From contig CAMYLZ010000018.1 of assembly GCA_947259375.1 (NCBI GenBank), positions 55,441-119,440 of the forward strand: a stretch of 64,000 nucleotides of DNA, given 5' to 3'. The translations under genes and the position numbers were made by a program. Below, piece after piece: positions 1 through 9,538 of this stretch. The notes under the pieces were generated by a model. It worked only from the letters and a program-made list of their open reading frames with translations, did no database searches and was not told the origin of the DNA. The first letter of the stretch is position 1. Each line of letters starts with the position of its first letter. Source of the stretch: an uncultured Parvularculaceae bacterium. Its GTDB lineage: Bacteria; Pseudomonadota; Alphaproteobacteria; Caulobacterales; Parvularculaceae.

Positions 1-904
1 AATACATGTGCAACAACAGGCACAAAAAGACGATGCTGACAGGTTTGAGACGCACGCGCCCGGTCAACGCACCGGCGAAAAGCGCTAACAGCGCCAGTTC
101 CACAAGAACATCTTCCTGCGCCGAAAAAGCCCGCCATTCCATGATGTAGGGCAAAGCCTCGCTTTTGGCGATGACGATTGTCGACCAGATCGCTTCATAC
201 CCATAAGGGTGGATCATCGCCGCGAGCGGGCATAGCGCCAGGAACCCAAGCCAGCGATAAGTCTCGCGCGACCATACGCGCCGGTGCGCGATAAAAAATG
301 CAAGAAACGACAAGGCGGCAGCGACAAAACCGAAGGTGAAACTGCCATGCAAATTGGCCCAAAGGCCCATGGCGGCGAGCAGCCAGAAGGACGGCGCCCT
401 GCCCGCAGCGCCGGCGCGCCAAACGCCGCCCACAAACCATAAAAGCACCGGCAGGACAAGAAGATGCGGGCGCGCCAGAAATACTTCGCTGGTCAGGCCG
501 AACACGACAAACGTCGCCAGCGCCGCATAGACCGGCTTCACTTGCGCGGACAATGGCCAGTAAATCTGCAAAAAAACTATTGTCAGTACAGAGATCGATA
601 AAAGAGCGACGCCGTTCCAGCCGCCCGCGCTGTAAGCGGCGAAAAGAATCATTTGCGACAGCCACTCCTTCGCGATCCAGGGCGCACCCGCAAAACTGTG
701 AGAGTAGGCGTCAACATGCGGAAAACTTTTCGACGCCCATATATCGGCGCCGACAGTCACATGCCACAACGTGTCCGGATCATTGAGAAAACTTTCGCCG
801 ACGGCAAGGAACGCCGCGCCGGCGACAAGCGTCATCACGCTGGCGATGAACAGGCGGACACGCTGCGCGCCAGCACCCGGCGCTGATGGCGCGCCTGCGC
901 GCAT
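1..904 (-). CDS. Polytopic membrane protein, GT-C-like glycosyltransferase family (3' end truncated by window edge)
   Basis: Read manually; it is missing from the ORF track because no stop falls in the window. ATG at 904: MRAGAPSAPG...FLNDPDTLWHVTVGADIW...PWIAKEWLSQ...FLARPHLL...LWANLHGSF...IHPYG...EW. The DxDxxWH, PW...EWL, RPH and WANLHG motifs typify GT-C-like membrane proteins. Confidence 0.7.
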   Translation of the reverse strand, partial: MRAGAPSAPGAGAQRVRLFIASVMTLVAGAAFLAVGESFLNDPDTLWHVTVGADIWASKSFPHVDAYSHSFAGAPWIAKEWLSQMILFAAYSAGGWNGVALLSISVLTIVFLQIYWPLSAQVKPVYAALATFVVFGLTSEVFLARPHLLVLPVLLWFVGGVWRAGAAGRAPSFWLLAAMGLWANLHGSFTFGFVAAALSFLAFFIAHRRVWSRETYRWLGFLALCPLAAMIHPYGYEAIWSTIVIAKSEALPYIMEWRAFSAQEDVLVELALLALFAGALTGRVRLKPVSIVFLCLLLHMY

Positions 905-1002
905 CGCGCCAGGCAAAAAGCCGTGAAATCTCGTCGCGTTAAGCATCGCCATGCCGCCATCCGGTTCGGAAAATCGCTCCGGCCGAGCCTAGCGGGCAAT
1001 GC

Positions 1003-1017
1003 TTACCCTTATTTTAA
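1003..1017. promoter_or_regulatory. CtrA-like box TTAC-N7-TTAA
   Basis: ttac-ccttatt-ttaa in the divergent intergenic region between the membrane-protein gene and fumC; one mismatch to TTAA-N7-TTAA. Confidence 0.45.
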
Positions 1018-1106
1018 GCATGCCCGGACCCTTGCGGAGGGCGCAAAAAGGCGGACCTTGCGCAATCTTGCTCTCTCGCCGGTGCATGCTACACCGCCTT
1101 TTGCAA

Positions 1107-2531
1107 ATGTCGCAGCAATCGACCGAAAGGCTCAAAAACGTGTCCAAGACCCGCACCGAATCCGACAGCTTTGGAAAACTCGCCGTGCCGGCTGACAAAT
1201 ATTACGGCGCCCAGTCTGCGCGCTCGCTGATCAATTTCCCGATTGGCGAAGAGACCATGCCCGCGCCGCTGGTGCGCGCCCTCGGCATCGTCAAGCTAAG
1301 CGCCGCGCGCACCAACATGGCCCTGAAGTCGTTGCCGAAAAAGACCGGCCGCGCGGTCGAAAAAGCCGCCCGCGAAGTGGCGGAAGGAAAGCTCAACGAC
1401 CACTTTCCGCTTTCCGTCTGGCAGACCGGGTCGGGCACCCAGTCGAACATGAACACGAATGAAGTGGTGGCCAATCGCGCCATTGAAATTCTCGGCGGCG
1501 TCATCGGCTCGAAAGATCCGGTGCACCCGAATGATCACGTCAATATGAGTCAGTCGTCGAACGACACTTTTCCCACCGCTATGCATATCGCCGCGGCGGA
1601 GGAGATCACCCACACGCTGATACCGGCGCTGGAGCATTTGCAGGGCGAGCTTGTCTTCAAGCAGAAGGCGTTTGCAAAAATCATCAAGATCGGCCGCACG
1701 CATCTTCAAGATGCAACACCCGTGACGCTGGGTCAGGAATTTTCGGGCTATGCGGCGATGGTGAAAAACGCCGTCAAGCGCGTCAAAGGCGTGTTGCCGG
1801 CGCTTTATCCATTGGCGCAGGGCGGCACCGCCGTCGGCACCGGCGTCAATTCAAAAAAGGAATTCGCCAAGATGTTCGCCGCCGAAGTCGCGGCCTATAC
1901 CAAGCTTCCTTTCGTCACGGCGCCGAACAAATTCGAAGCGCTCGCCACCCATGACGCCATGGTCGAAGCGCATGGCGCGCTCAATGAAATCGCGGTGAGC
2001 CTGTTCAAGATCGCCAATGACATTCGCCTCCTCGGCTCCGGACCGCGTTCCGGCCTTGGAGAAATCTCCCTGCCGGAAAACGAGCCTGGCTCGTCGATTA
2101 TGCCGGGCAAGGTGAACCCGACGCAATGCGAAGCGCTGACCATGGTCTGCGCGCAAGTGATGGGCAACAATGCAACGGTCAGCTTCGCTGGCAGCCAGGG
2201 GCATTTCGAGCTCAATGTCTTCAAACCGGTGATTGCCTATAACACGCTGCAATCGATCCGCCTGATCGCCGATTCAGCACGCTCCTTTACCGACAAATGC
2301 GTCAGCGGCATCGAAGCCAATGAAGCGCGCATTACCTCGCTGATGGAACAATCCTTGATGTTGGTGACGGCGCTGGCGCCGGAAATCGGCTATGACAACG
2401 CCACCAGAATCGCCAAGACAGCGCACAAAAACGGGACAACACTGAAGGAAGAAGCGGTTAATCTGGGCCTTGTGAGCGCCGCGGATTACGACCGTATCGT
2501 CCGTCCTGAAAAGATGATTGGCCCAAAATAA
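1107..2531 (+). CDS. fumC: Class II fumarate hydratase
   Basis: [29 protein letters not shown] and [11 protein letters not shown] signatures. Start is ATG 1107 or GTG 1140. Confidence 0.97.
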   Translation: MSQQSTERLKNVSKTRTESDSFGKLAVPADKYYGAQSARSLINFPIGEETMPAPLVRALGIVKLSAARTNMALKSLPKKTGRAVEKAAREVAEGKLNDHFPLSVWQTGSGTQSNMNTNEVVANRAIEILGGVIGSKDPVHPNDHVNMSQSSNDTFPTAMHIAAAEEITHTLIPALEHLQGELVFKQKAFAKIIKIGRTHLQDATPVTLGQEFSGYAAMVKNAVKRVKGVLPALYPLAQGGTAVGTGVNSKKEFAKMFAAEVAAYTKLPFVTAPNKFEALATHDAMVEAHGALNEIAVSLFKIANDIRLLGSGPRSGLGEISLPENEPGSSIMPGKVNPTQCEALTMVCAQVMGNNATVSFAGSQGHFELNVFKPVIAYNTLQSIRLIADSARSFTDKCVSGIEANEARITSLMEQSLMLVTALAPEIGYDNATRIAKTAHKNGTTLKEEAVNLGLVSAADYDRIVRPEKMIGPK

Positions 2532-2678
2532 CACCGTCTCGCCAATGACTTAGCTGGCGCGCATGGCGCGCCGGCGACAAGCTGCCTGAACTGGACCGGT
2601 TCTTGCCTTATCAAAGATGCGCGCTTCCGGCGCGGAAATCGGAAGCGCCGAGCGAATTTGGCACAAGGACGAAAACCA

Positions 2679-2900
2679 ATGGCCGACAATACACCCACCG
2701 AAAGCCAGTTGCGGCTTTTACTCGCGCAATTCCTGTTTGCGCATAATGTCGAAATCGAAACGCTCTATTCGGCGCTCGGAACCGATCTTTCCAGCGCCGA
2801 TTCCGAAGCCGTATCGCATATGGCGGGGATCATCGATGGCGTTACGCTGGCGACTTCGAAAATCCGCGCCCACGGCATAGACGAATGGGCCAAGCATTAA
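2679..2900 (+). CDS. Small hypothetical protein (73 aa)
   Basis: ATG preceded by an AAGGA-like RBS; amphipathic-helix composition (MADNTPTESQLRLLLAQFLFAHNVEIETLY...); fills the gap after fumC. Confidence 0.7.
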   Translation: MADNTPTESQLRLLLAQFLFAHNVEIETLYSALGTDLSSADSEAVSHMAGIIDGVTLATSKIRAHGIDEWAKH

Positions 2901-3027
2901 GGGCGGCATCGCCCTAGGCAAGAGAATGCGCGCGCCGGTTTCCTCATGGGGGGTGAGGAAACCGGTTTTGCCGTTTGCGCAAAGGCATCTTATTGACCGG
3001 CGCAAATTACATTAGGCTGCGCCGACC

Positions 3028-3246
3028 ATGCTTAAACGCTCCATCACACTTAAAGGGCACCGCACCAGCATCGCGCTTGAGCCTGAATTCTGGCAGGCGC
3101 TGGAAAAGCTCGCTGCGGCGGAAAACCGCTCCCTGCCCTCGCTCGTCTATGACATCGACCGGGCGCGGCTCAAGAAACAACCGCCGCCGGGCCTCGCATC
3201 GGCGATCCGCGTTCACATCCTCGATAAAGCAGCGCGTCCGGACTAG
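3028..3246 (+). CDS. Ribbon-helix-helix domain protein (RHH_4 type)
   Basis: KRSITLKGHRTSIALEPEFWQALEKLA...LASAIRVHIL matches the alphaproteobacterial RHH_4 pattern. Confidence 0.88.
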   Translation: MLKRSITLKGHRTSIALEPEFWQALEKLAAAENRSLPSLVYDIDRARLKKQPPPGLASAIRVHILDKAARPD

Positions 3247-6056
3247 TTGACCGCCCGCTCATCCGCGCCCAAGCAGGGCCGGCCAAGGACAAGCGATGTA
3301 TAGGCGCGGCTGACATCTTCGGCATAGCCGCGCATCATCGGGCGAACCTGCTCGAACTTGGCGACGCCGGCGGCGCGCGCCAGCAAAACGCCGAAACGGC
3401 GGCGCACAGGCGCGCGCGCTGGATCGCTCCAGCCCGCGATCACGCGGATCAATTGCAGCCGCGCCCAGAAGGCGCGCGCTTCCGCCAAGGATTGCGCCGC
3501 CTGTTCGCTGATCAAGCCGGAACGCGCCATCGCCTGCAACGCCTCGGCAGGGGGCGCATCCTGCACAAAAGGATGCGCAGAAGCGTGCTTGTAGATCAGT
3601 ATACTGATCACAAGCTCCGCATCCGCGCGGCCGCCATTGATGCGATCAATGTCCCAATCCGATGCAGGACGGTCGCGGCGCATCCGCTGCGCCCGGGCGC
3701 GATCGAGATCGCGGAACAAGATATCGGCCCGGCGCGCGCCCGCAACGGCGAGCCGCAATGCATCGTCAGCCTGCTTGCGCACGCGATCCTTGCCGGCGAT
3801 GACCCGACCGCGCGCCAGCATGATCTGCTCCTGCGCGACCGCTTCTGACTGCACATAGGCCTTGAACGCCGCCGCGGCCGGCACAAGCGGGCCGGCGACG
3901 CCGGACGGGCGATGGCTGACATCCGGGGTAATGGCGAAAACGCCTTCGTCAAACGCGCTCAAGGCTGCGAGATAACGCCGGGCGAACGCCTCTCCGGCAT
4001 CATTCAGCGGCGCGCTTGCAATAAAACCGAGATGGGTCGCCGCGCCCGGCATATGCGGGCCGTCGGCCTCAAAAATATGGAGCGCAATTTTGTCGCCGGC
4101 GCCATCTTCCGCCGCCGGCGCATGCGCCTGCATATGCTCAAACACTACAGACAGTGTCCTGACCTGAAGCGCATCAAGCGCCTCAACGGCGGCGTCGAAG
4201 GACGTCGCGCCGGACGCTGCGCAAAATGCGATGCGCGCCATTGCGGTGCGCCGCCAAGCCGCCAATTCAGACAATGCGTCAGCGCCGTCCGCAAGCACAG
4301 GCGGCGTCAGCCGCTCCAGCCATTCCGCGCCCGATTGCGGCGTTTCAACGCCGGGACAATCAAGGATCAGTTCCGCGCCGTCGGCCGTCTCGGTCAACGG
4401 CTCGATCACCGCGCCAAAGGATCCGAAAGCATCGACGACCGCGCCGCGCTGCGGCGCGCCATCGCGCACCGCGCCATAAACATCCATCTCCTCGCCGGCG
4501 GCGTTCAACAGCTTGTCAAAAAGGCGTATGGCGTCTTCCGGGTGCTGCGTTTCGCCAAAGGCCGTTAATAGTCCTGGCGCGAGCGATGAAAATTTTCGAT
4601 CTCCCTCAGCGCCGCCCGCTGATCGCGCCCAATCGTCGATCGCCGCCGAAAGGCTGGCGCCGTTCAAAAATCCGAGATCTTCGAGTTTGTCCGCGTCCCC
4701 CTCTTTATCACCGCTTCGATAAAGCGCGATTTCTTCACGCGGCCCGCCGGCTAGCTTCGCCAACGCATTGGCTGCATCGGCCTGCGCGCCCTTGAGCGCG
4801 GCGGCGAGGTCGTCATAGGCGGCAAAACCGCAAAGACGCGCCAGCGCCGCTTTTTCATCATCTGCTTCGACGTTGACGACGCTTGCGCCCTTCATGCTTT
4901 GGGTGCGCGCCGTTACGATTTGCGCAAGCTCATCGCCGGCGACCAGCCGTCGCGCAACGTCCCGCCCAATGAGGCGCGAGCGCGAAGCGGATTCAAAAAC
5001 CTCTCGCGCCGAAGCCGTGCGAAACACCGGCCGCAAACCGCCTATGGCGAGACGGCAAAGGTCGGCGGCGCGGCGGAAGCCGCCGCGCGGGTCCGCATCT
5101 CGCGCCTCGACGATGCTGCGCAACGCGTCCCCGGCGATAAGGTTTTCACCCCACACGGTCTCTTCCATGCTTTCAAGGAACGCGCCGCCTGCGGTGCGGT
5201 CGCCCGCAACAATCCGCACGCCGGCCAGCCAGGCTTTGAGCACGTCCGCCTGCGGCCCTGCCGCCGTCGCCTTGACGCGCGCCGCGCTGTCCGCGAATCC
5301 GGCGCCGCCGACCCCGGAACCGAGCGGCGTACGCAACCCGTAAAGCGGATAGTCGCCGGACTTGCCTTCAAAAGCCTCCCGCAATTCAGCGCCGATACGA
5401 ACGAAAATCCGGTCGGCGCCGCGCGCGCCAGGGCCTTTGAACGCTTCTTCGTCATATAGAATGACCAGCTCGAGCGGCCCGCAAGGCGCAAGGTCTTCAT
5501 GGGCGAAATCGCCGCCAGCGACGACGAACACGCCGCGTAGGACATTTTCCTGATCCTCTACAGTAAGCTCGCCGCGTTTGACCGCCGCGCGCACCAGCCA
5601 GCGCAGCGCCGTCTCCATCATGCGCTCGGCGAAATCGACGCGCGCCGCGGTCGCGTCCGCGACGCTCCACTGGCCGCTAAGCTCGGCAATGGCGATCGCC
5701 ACATCGATCCGGTTCTTTAGCGGCGCCAGCGCGGAATGCAGCGCATCAGGCCCGCCGACACCGCGTTCAAGCGCCGTCATATCCCGCGCCGCCTCCGCCA
5801 GTACTGGCGATGCGCCTTCCATCAGCGCCTTCGCCGCGGCATCCGGGTGGATCATGCAAAGCTCTGCAAGACGCCGCGTTGCGCCGAAAATGCGCAGCAT
5901 CAGCAATCGCCGGTCGGGCTGGTCGAGCGGCGCGCCGGGATCGCCGCCCATAGCTTCAGCGACGGCCCGCCGCCAACGCTGTAATGCGGCCGAGGCCCGT
6001 GACGGATCAATCCTGTCCGAAATATTGCGGTTTGAATGTGCGGCGGTCGGCGCCAT
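3243..6056 (-). CDS. GlnE-like (glutamine synthetase adenylyltransferase fold) protein with degenerate active sites
   Basis: 937 aa with a two-repeat GlnE layout (LYGLRTPLG, RPSGVAGPL, ARGRVIAG, GGRADAEL, LEDLGF), but both GKLGG-EL-SDxD motifs are eroded. Confidence 0.75.
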   Translation of the reverse strand: MAPTAAHSNRNISDRIDPSRASAALQRWRRAVAEAMGGDPGAPLDQPDRRLLMLRIFGATRRLAELCMIHPDAAAKALMEGASPVLAEAARDMTALERGVGGPDALHSALAPLKNRIDVAIAIAELSGQWSVADATAARVDFAERMMETALRWLVRAAVKRGELTVEDQENVLRGVFVVAGGDFAHEDLAPCGPLELVILYDEEAFKGPGARGADRIFVRIGAELREAFEGKSGDYPLYGLRTPLGSGVGGAGFADSAARVKATAAGPQADVLKAWLAGVRIVAGDRTAGGAFLESMEETVWGENLIAGDALRSIVEARDADPRGGFRRAADLCRLAIGGLRPVFRTASAREVFESASRSRLIGRDVARRLVAGDELAQIVTARTQSMKGASVVNVEADDEKAALARLCGFAAYDDLAAALKGAQADAANALAKLAGGPREEIALYRSGDKEGDADKLEDLGFLNGASLSAAIDDWARSAGGAEGDRKFSSLAPGLLTAFGETQHPEDAIRLFDKLLNAAGEEMDVYGAVRDGAPQRGAVVDAFGSFGAVIEPLTETADGAELILDCPGVETPQSGAEWLERLTPPVLADGADALSELAAWRRTAMARIAFCAASGATSFDAAVEALDALQVRTLSVVFEHMQAHAPAAEDGAGDKIALHIFEADGPHMPGAATHLGFIASAPLNDAGEAFARRYLAALSAFDEGVFAITPDVSHRPSGVAGPLVPAAAAFKAYVQSEAVAQEQIMLARGRVIAGKDRVRKQADDALRLAVAGARRADILFRDLDRARAQRMRRDRPASDWDIDRINGGRADAELVISILIYKHASAHPFVQDAPPAEALQAMARSGLISEQAAQSLAEARAFWARLQLIRVIAGWSDPARAPVRRRFGVLLARAAGVAKFEQVRPMMRGYAEDVSRAYTSLVLGRPCLGADERAVN

Positions 6057-6175
6057 AGGACCCCCTGAATGTCTGTTCTAAACGGCGGCCAGCTTTGCAA
6101 AGTGCAATGAATTCGGCGTTAATCAATTTCTGACATTTAGACTCGCGCGAAAATACTGATATGAAAAACCCTTTA

Positions 6176-6183
6176 TTAACCAT
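6176..6183 (+). promoter_or_regulatory. CtrA half-site-type motif TTAACCAT
   Basis: Exact TTAACCAT in the divergent glnE-like/CLC intergenic region; a GANTC lies at 6140-6144. Confidence 0.3.
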
Positions 6184-6204
6184 GCTTTTTCCCGGCCCGC
6201 CCAA

Positions 6205-7845
6205 ATGGTTATGACGCGGAACGCTGCCAGAATCCTCATCGCCCTGCGCAAACTGCGCCGCCAGCCCATAGGCTTTGGCGTCTACAAAGTCTGGGCCTTC
6301 GCGGTTCTGATCGGCGCGGCCGCCGCCTATGCTGTCATCGGCTTCCGATATTCAATCGACCTCGTTTCGATGGCGGCCTTTGGCGAGACCGAAGGCGGCG
6401 TCGTCTCCGGCGCTTCATCGCTGCATTTCCTGCGCGCCTGGGCGGCGCCGGTGATCGGCGGCCTGGTGGTCTCCGGGCTGTTGTATCTCGCAGATCGTTT
6501 CAACTGGCTTGAGGGCGGGCGCGGACAAGCGGTCGCCGAAGTGATCGAGGCCCGCGCGGTCGGCGGCGGACGAATCTCGCTGCGGGCCGGAATAGCGGCG
6601 GCGACCGTTTCGGCCGTGTCGCTCGGCGCCGGCGGCAGCGCCGGCCGCGAAGGGCCGGCGGTGCATCTCGGCGCCACCATCGCGTCCTTGTTCAGCCGTT
6701 ATTTCGGCTTCGACGCCAAACAGCGCCGGGCGCTGCTTGGCTGTGGTGCGGCAGCGGCCGTCTCCGCAAGCTTCAATGCGCCGATCGCCGGCGTCCTGTT
6801 CGCGCTCGAGGTCATTCTCGGCAATTATGCATTGTCCGTTTTCGGTCCCATTGCGGCCGCGAGCGTCGCGGCCGCCATCGTCACGCGCATCCATCTTGGC
6901 GACTTTCCCGCTTTCGCGATCCCGGATTATGGCGCGGCGGCGACCATTGACGTGCCGCTGGCGGCGATGCTCGGACTAGTTTGCGGTTTCGTCGCCTCCG
7001 GTTTTTTGCAGGCCACCGAACGGCTGACGCTGGGCGTTCGCGAATTCGCCCAGCGGCGCGGCGTTTCCTACCTTCTTTTGCCGCCGATCGGCGGCGTTAT
7101 CATTGGCCTGATCGGCGCCTTTTACCCGGAAGTCTTCGGCGTCGGCTATGAGGCGGTGACCAAAGCCCTGCGAGGCGAATACGCCATCGGCCTGCTTGTC
7201 ATTCTTGTACTGATGAAATGCGCAGCCACGGCGGTGACGCTTTCTTGCCGTTTCGGCGGCGGGGTGTTCTCGCCGGGCCTCGTCATCGGGGCGTTCGCCG
7301 GCGCGGCTTTCGGCGGCATATTGGGCGTCCTGTTTCCCGGCGTTACCGCAAGCCCGGTTTATTACGCGATGATCGGCATGGGCGCGGCGAGCGGCGCCAT
7401 CCTTGGCGCGCCGATCTCCACCACACTGATCGTTTTTGAAATGACCGGCGATTATTCCATTACCATCGCCTTGATGGTGGCTGTCGCGATTGCAACGCTG
7501 ATCACGCAATGGCTATGCGGTCGCTCGTTCTTTCACTGGCAGCTATCGCGGCGCGGCTATGACCTTTCCGAAGGCCCGCAGGGGATCATTCTCAAAACCA
7601 CCCGCGTGCGCGACGTGATGGAAAAGATGCCGCCTGGCGCGCCGCTGCCCGAAGACGCGGACCGTCTCGAAACCCGCCATTCCCTGGGCGAGGCGCTGGC
7701 CAAGCTGAACGAAGCGGAAGAGCACGGATTGCCAGTTGTCAACGCTGAGGACCGCGCGGTCGTCGTCGGCTATCTGTCGCGCGTCAAAGCGCTCGCCGCC
7801 TATAACAAGGCGCTGATCGACGAAAATATCGAACACCACACCTAA
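6205..7845 (+). CDS. CLC-family anion channel/transporter with C-terminal CBS region
   Basis: GREGP, FNAPIAGVLFALE, GGVFSP, APISTTLIVFEMTG; tail TTRVRDVM...GLPVV is CBS-like. Confidence 0.92.
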   Translation: MVMTRNAARILIALRKLRRQPIGFGVYKVWAFAVLIGAAAAYAVIGFRYSIDLVSMAAFGETEGGVVSGASSLHFLRAWAAPVIGGLVVSGLLYLADRFNWLEGGRGQAVAEVIEARAVGGGRISLRAGIAAATVSAVSLGAGGSAGREGPAVHLGATIASLFSRYFGFDAKQRRALLGCGAAAAVSASFNAPIAGVLFALEVILGNYALSVFGPIAAASVAAAIVTRIHLGDFPAFAIPDYGAAATIDVPLAAMLGLVCGFVASGFLQATERLTLGVREFAQRRGVSYLLLPPIGGVIIGLIGAFYPEVFGVGYEAVTKALRGEYAIGLLVILVLMKCAATAVTLSCRFGGGVFSPGLVIGAFAGAAFGGILGVLFPGVTASPVYYAMIGMGAASGAILGAPISTTLIVFEMTGDYSITIALMVAVAIATLITQWLCGRSFFHWQLSRRGYDLSEGPQGIILKTTRVRDVMEKMPPGAPLPEDADRLETRHSLGEALAKLNEAEEHGLPVVNAEDRAVVVGYLSRVKALAAYNKALIDENIEHHT

Positions 7846-7866
7846 ACACACCGAAGCACTGGCGGC

Positions 7867-8586
7867 CTAGAATGCGCCGAAAGCCATCGCCGTAAACAAC
7901 CGCATGCGCTTCGTCAGCGGAAAAGGCTGCCCCCGCCGCCGCAAATAGCTTCCCGTCAGCGCCAGATGCAGCAAAGCGGGCGCCGCGCCCGCAGCGGCGG
8001 CCTTCAATTCTGGCGCGGCCTCGCCGAGGAGCCTGTCGGCGCGCGCCAGAACCTCCTCGCTGAATTGCGGCGCCAGCGCGCGGCCTTCCCGCGCCAGCGC
8101 AAACGCTGTTCCTGCGCGCCGCGCCGCTTCCGCCAGCACCGCATCGCCGCCGGCCAGCATCACTGCAAGCGCGTCAATCGCGCCTTCCGATTGGGACAGC
8201 CATCGCTCCAACGCGTGTGCATCCGCGAAAGGCTCGCCGTAAAACGGCCGGGCGCGCGCATCGATCGCTTCATCGACAAGCGCCTGAAGCGCCGGCGCGC
8301 CGAGACCGGTTGCGGCGATTTCCTCCACCACCGGATGCGCCCGCGCCGGTTTGCCCTGCCGGATTTCCGCAAAGGCCTCGCGCCACCATTGCAAGCGGAT
8401 CTCCCCCAGCGGCGGCTCGCTGACCGCCGCCGGCACGCGCCGCAATTCAATCTGCACTGCATAAAGCGCAATCAATGACCGCGCGAGCGGCGCCGACGCA
8501 TAGCCGCAGGCAAGCCAGCGGTCTTCATCCTGCACGCTGACAAGGTCGGCGCAATATTGCTGCGAGGGCGTGCGCGCTTGTTCCAT
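7867..8586 (-). CDS. Squalene/phytoene synthase family protein (NDUFAF6-like)
   Basis: LIALYAVQIEL...VSEPPLGEIRLQWWREA...HPVVEEI pattern. Confidence 0.85.
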   Translation of the reverse strand: MEQARTPSQQYCADLVSVQDEDRWLACGYASAPLARSLIALYAVQIELRRVPAAVSEPPLGEIRLQWWREAFAEIRQGKPARAHPVVEEIAATGLGAPALQALVDEAIDARARPFYGEPFADAHALERWLSQSEGAIDALAVMLAGGDAVLAEAARRAGTAFALAREGRALAPQFSEEVLARADRLLGEAAPELKAAAAGAAPALLHLALTGSYLRRRGQPFPLTKRMRLFTAMAFGAF

Positions 8587-8820
8587 CAATCAGAAAACTC
8601 AATCCTGCGTGATCAGCTTGTGCGGACAAGGTTCGGCGCGCCTTGCCGAAAACCCGCCCCTGCTGCTGCTTTTCGCGTCAAGTTCATGTTGACCTGATGC
8701 GCTCAAATTTGTCCTCACGACGCTGACCGCATCAATTCGACGCATAGAAATAGCGCGCCGGCTTGAGGATGCATATCTCGCTCGCATCGACGATGCATCA
8801 ACCTGAAGAGAGGCAATTTC

Positions 8821-9420
8821 ATGGCGATCACGCTACCCGAACTTCCCTATGCCATTGACGCGCTCGCGCCGCATATTTCGCAAAATACGGTCGAGTTTCA
8901 CTATGGCAAGCATACTCGCACCTATATCGACAAGATGAACGCCGCGATCGCCGGCACGGAACTCGACAATGCCGCGCTTGACGACATCGTGCGCGCAGCG
9001 GCGGAAAAAGGCGATCAGGGCCTTTTCAATAACGCCGCGCAGGCGTGGAACCATATTTTTTACTGGAATTCCATGAAACCGAATGGCGGCGGCGCGCCGA
9101 CCGGCGACATCGCCGCTGCGATCAACGAAGCCTTTGGCGGCTATGACGGGTTCAAGGAAACATTTGCGGCAAAAGGCGCCGGCCAGTTCGGTTCTGGCTG
9201 GGCCTGGCTGGTCGCGAAAGACGGCAAGCTCGAGGTGACGGCGACGTCAAACGCCGACACCCCGCTGACCGAAGCCGGCGTCACGCCGCTGATCACCATG
9301 GATGTGTGGGAACACGCTTATTATCTCGATTATCAGAACAAGCGGCCCGACTATATCGGCGCGTTCCTCGACAGCCTCGTCAACTGGGACTTCGCCAACG
9401 CGAACCTCGCAAAGGCGTAA
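8821..9420 (+). CDS. sodB: Fe superoxide dismutase
   Basis: HYGKH, FNNAAQAWNH (Fe-type AAQ), GQFGSGWAW, DVWEHAYYLDYQN; GAGAGG RBS. Confidence 0.95.
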   Translation: MAITLPELPYAIDALAPHISQNTVEFHYGKHTRTYIDKMNAAIAGTELDNAALDDIVRAAAEKGDQGLFNNAAQAWNHIFYWNSMKPNGGGAPTGDIAAAINEAFGGYDGFKETFAAKGAGQFGSGWAWLVAKDGKLEVTATSNADTPLTEAGVTPLITMDVWEHAYYLDYQNKRPDYIGAFLDSLVNWDFANANLAKA

Positions 9421-9484
9421 GTCCCGCGCGCATGCATGAGCTATAAGCCTTCGAGAGCGCTTTGAACGCCCTCTCCAACGACAT

Positions 9485-9516
9485 AAAAAACGGGGCGCAT
9501 ATGCGCCCCGTTTCTT
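9485..9516. terminator. Bidirectional intrinsic terminator
   Basis: aaaaaa-cggggcgcat-atgcgccccg-tttctt: a perfect inverted repeat with A- and T-tracts between convergent sodB and the TonB receptor gene. Confidence 0.85.
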
Positions 9517-9538
9517 GTTGCTGACCGAGCAGCGGCGA

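Noticed and set aside
3243-6056. Calling the GlnE-like gene a pseudogene
   Set aside because: The ORF is uninterrupted and near full length; only catalytic motifs are altered.
6205-7845. CLC-F fluoride exporter call
   Set aside because: Lacks GNNLI/GREGT/GEVTP-type signatures, and no fluoride riboswitch is seen.
8784-8796. Palindrome GCATCG-A-CGATGC before sodB as a Fur/Irr site
   Set aside because: GC-rich and unlike the AT-rich Fur or ICE consensus; likely chance or a small leader hairpin.
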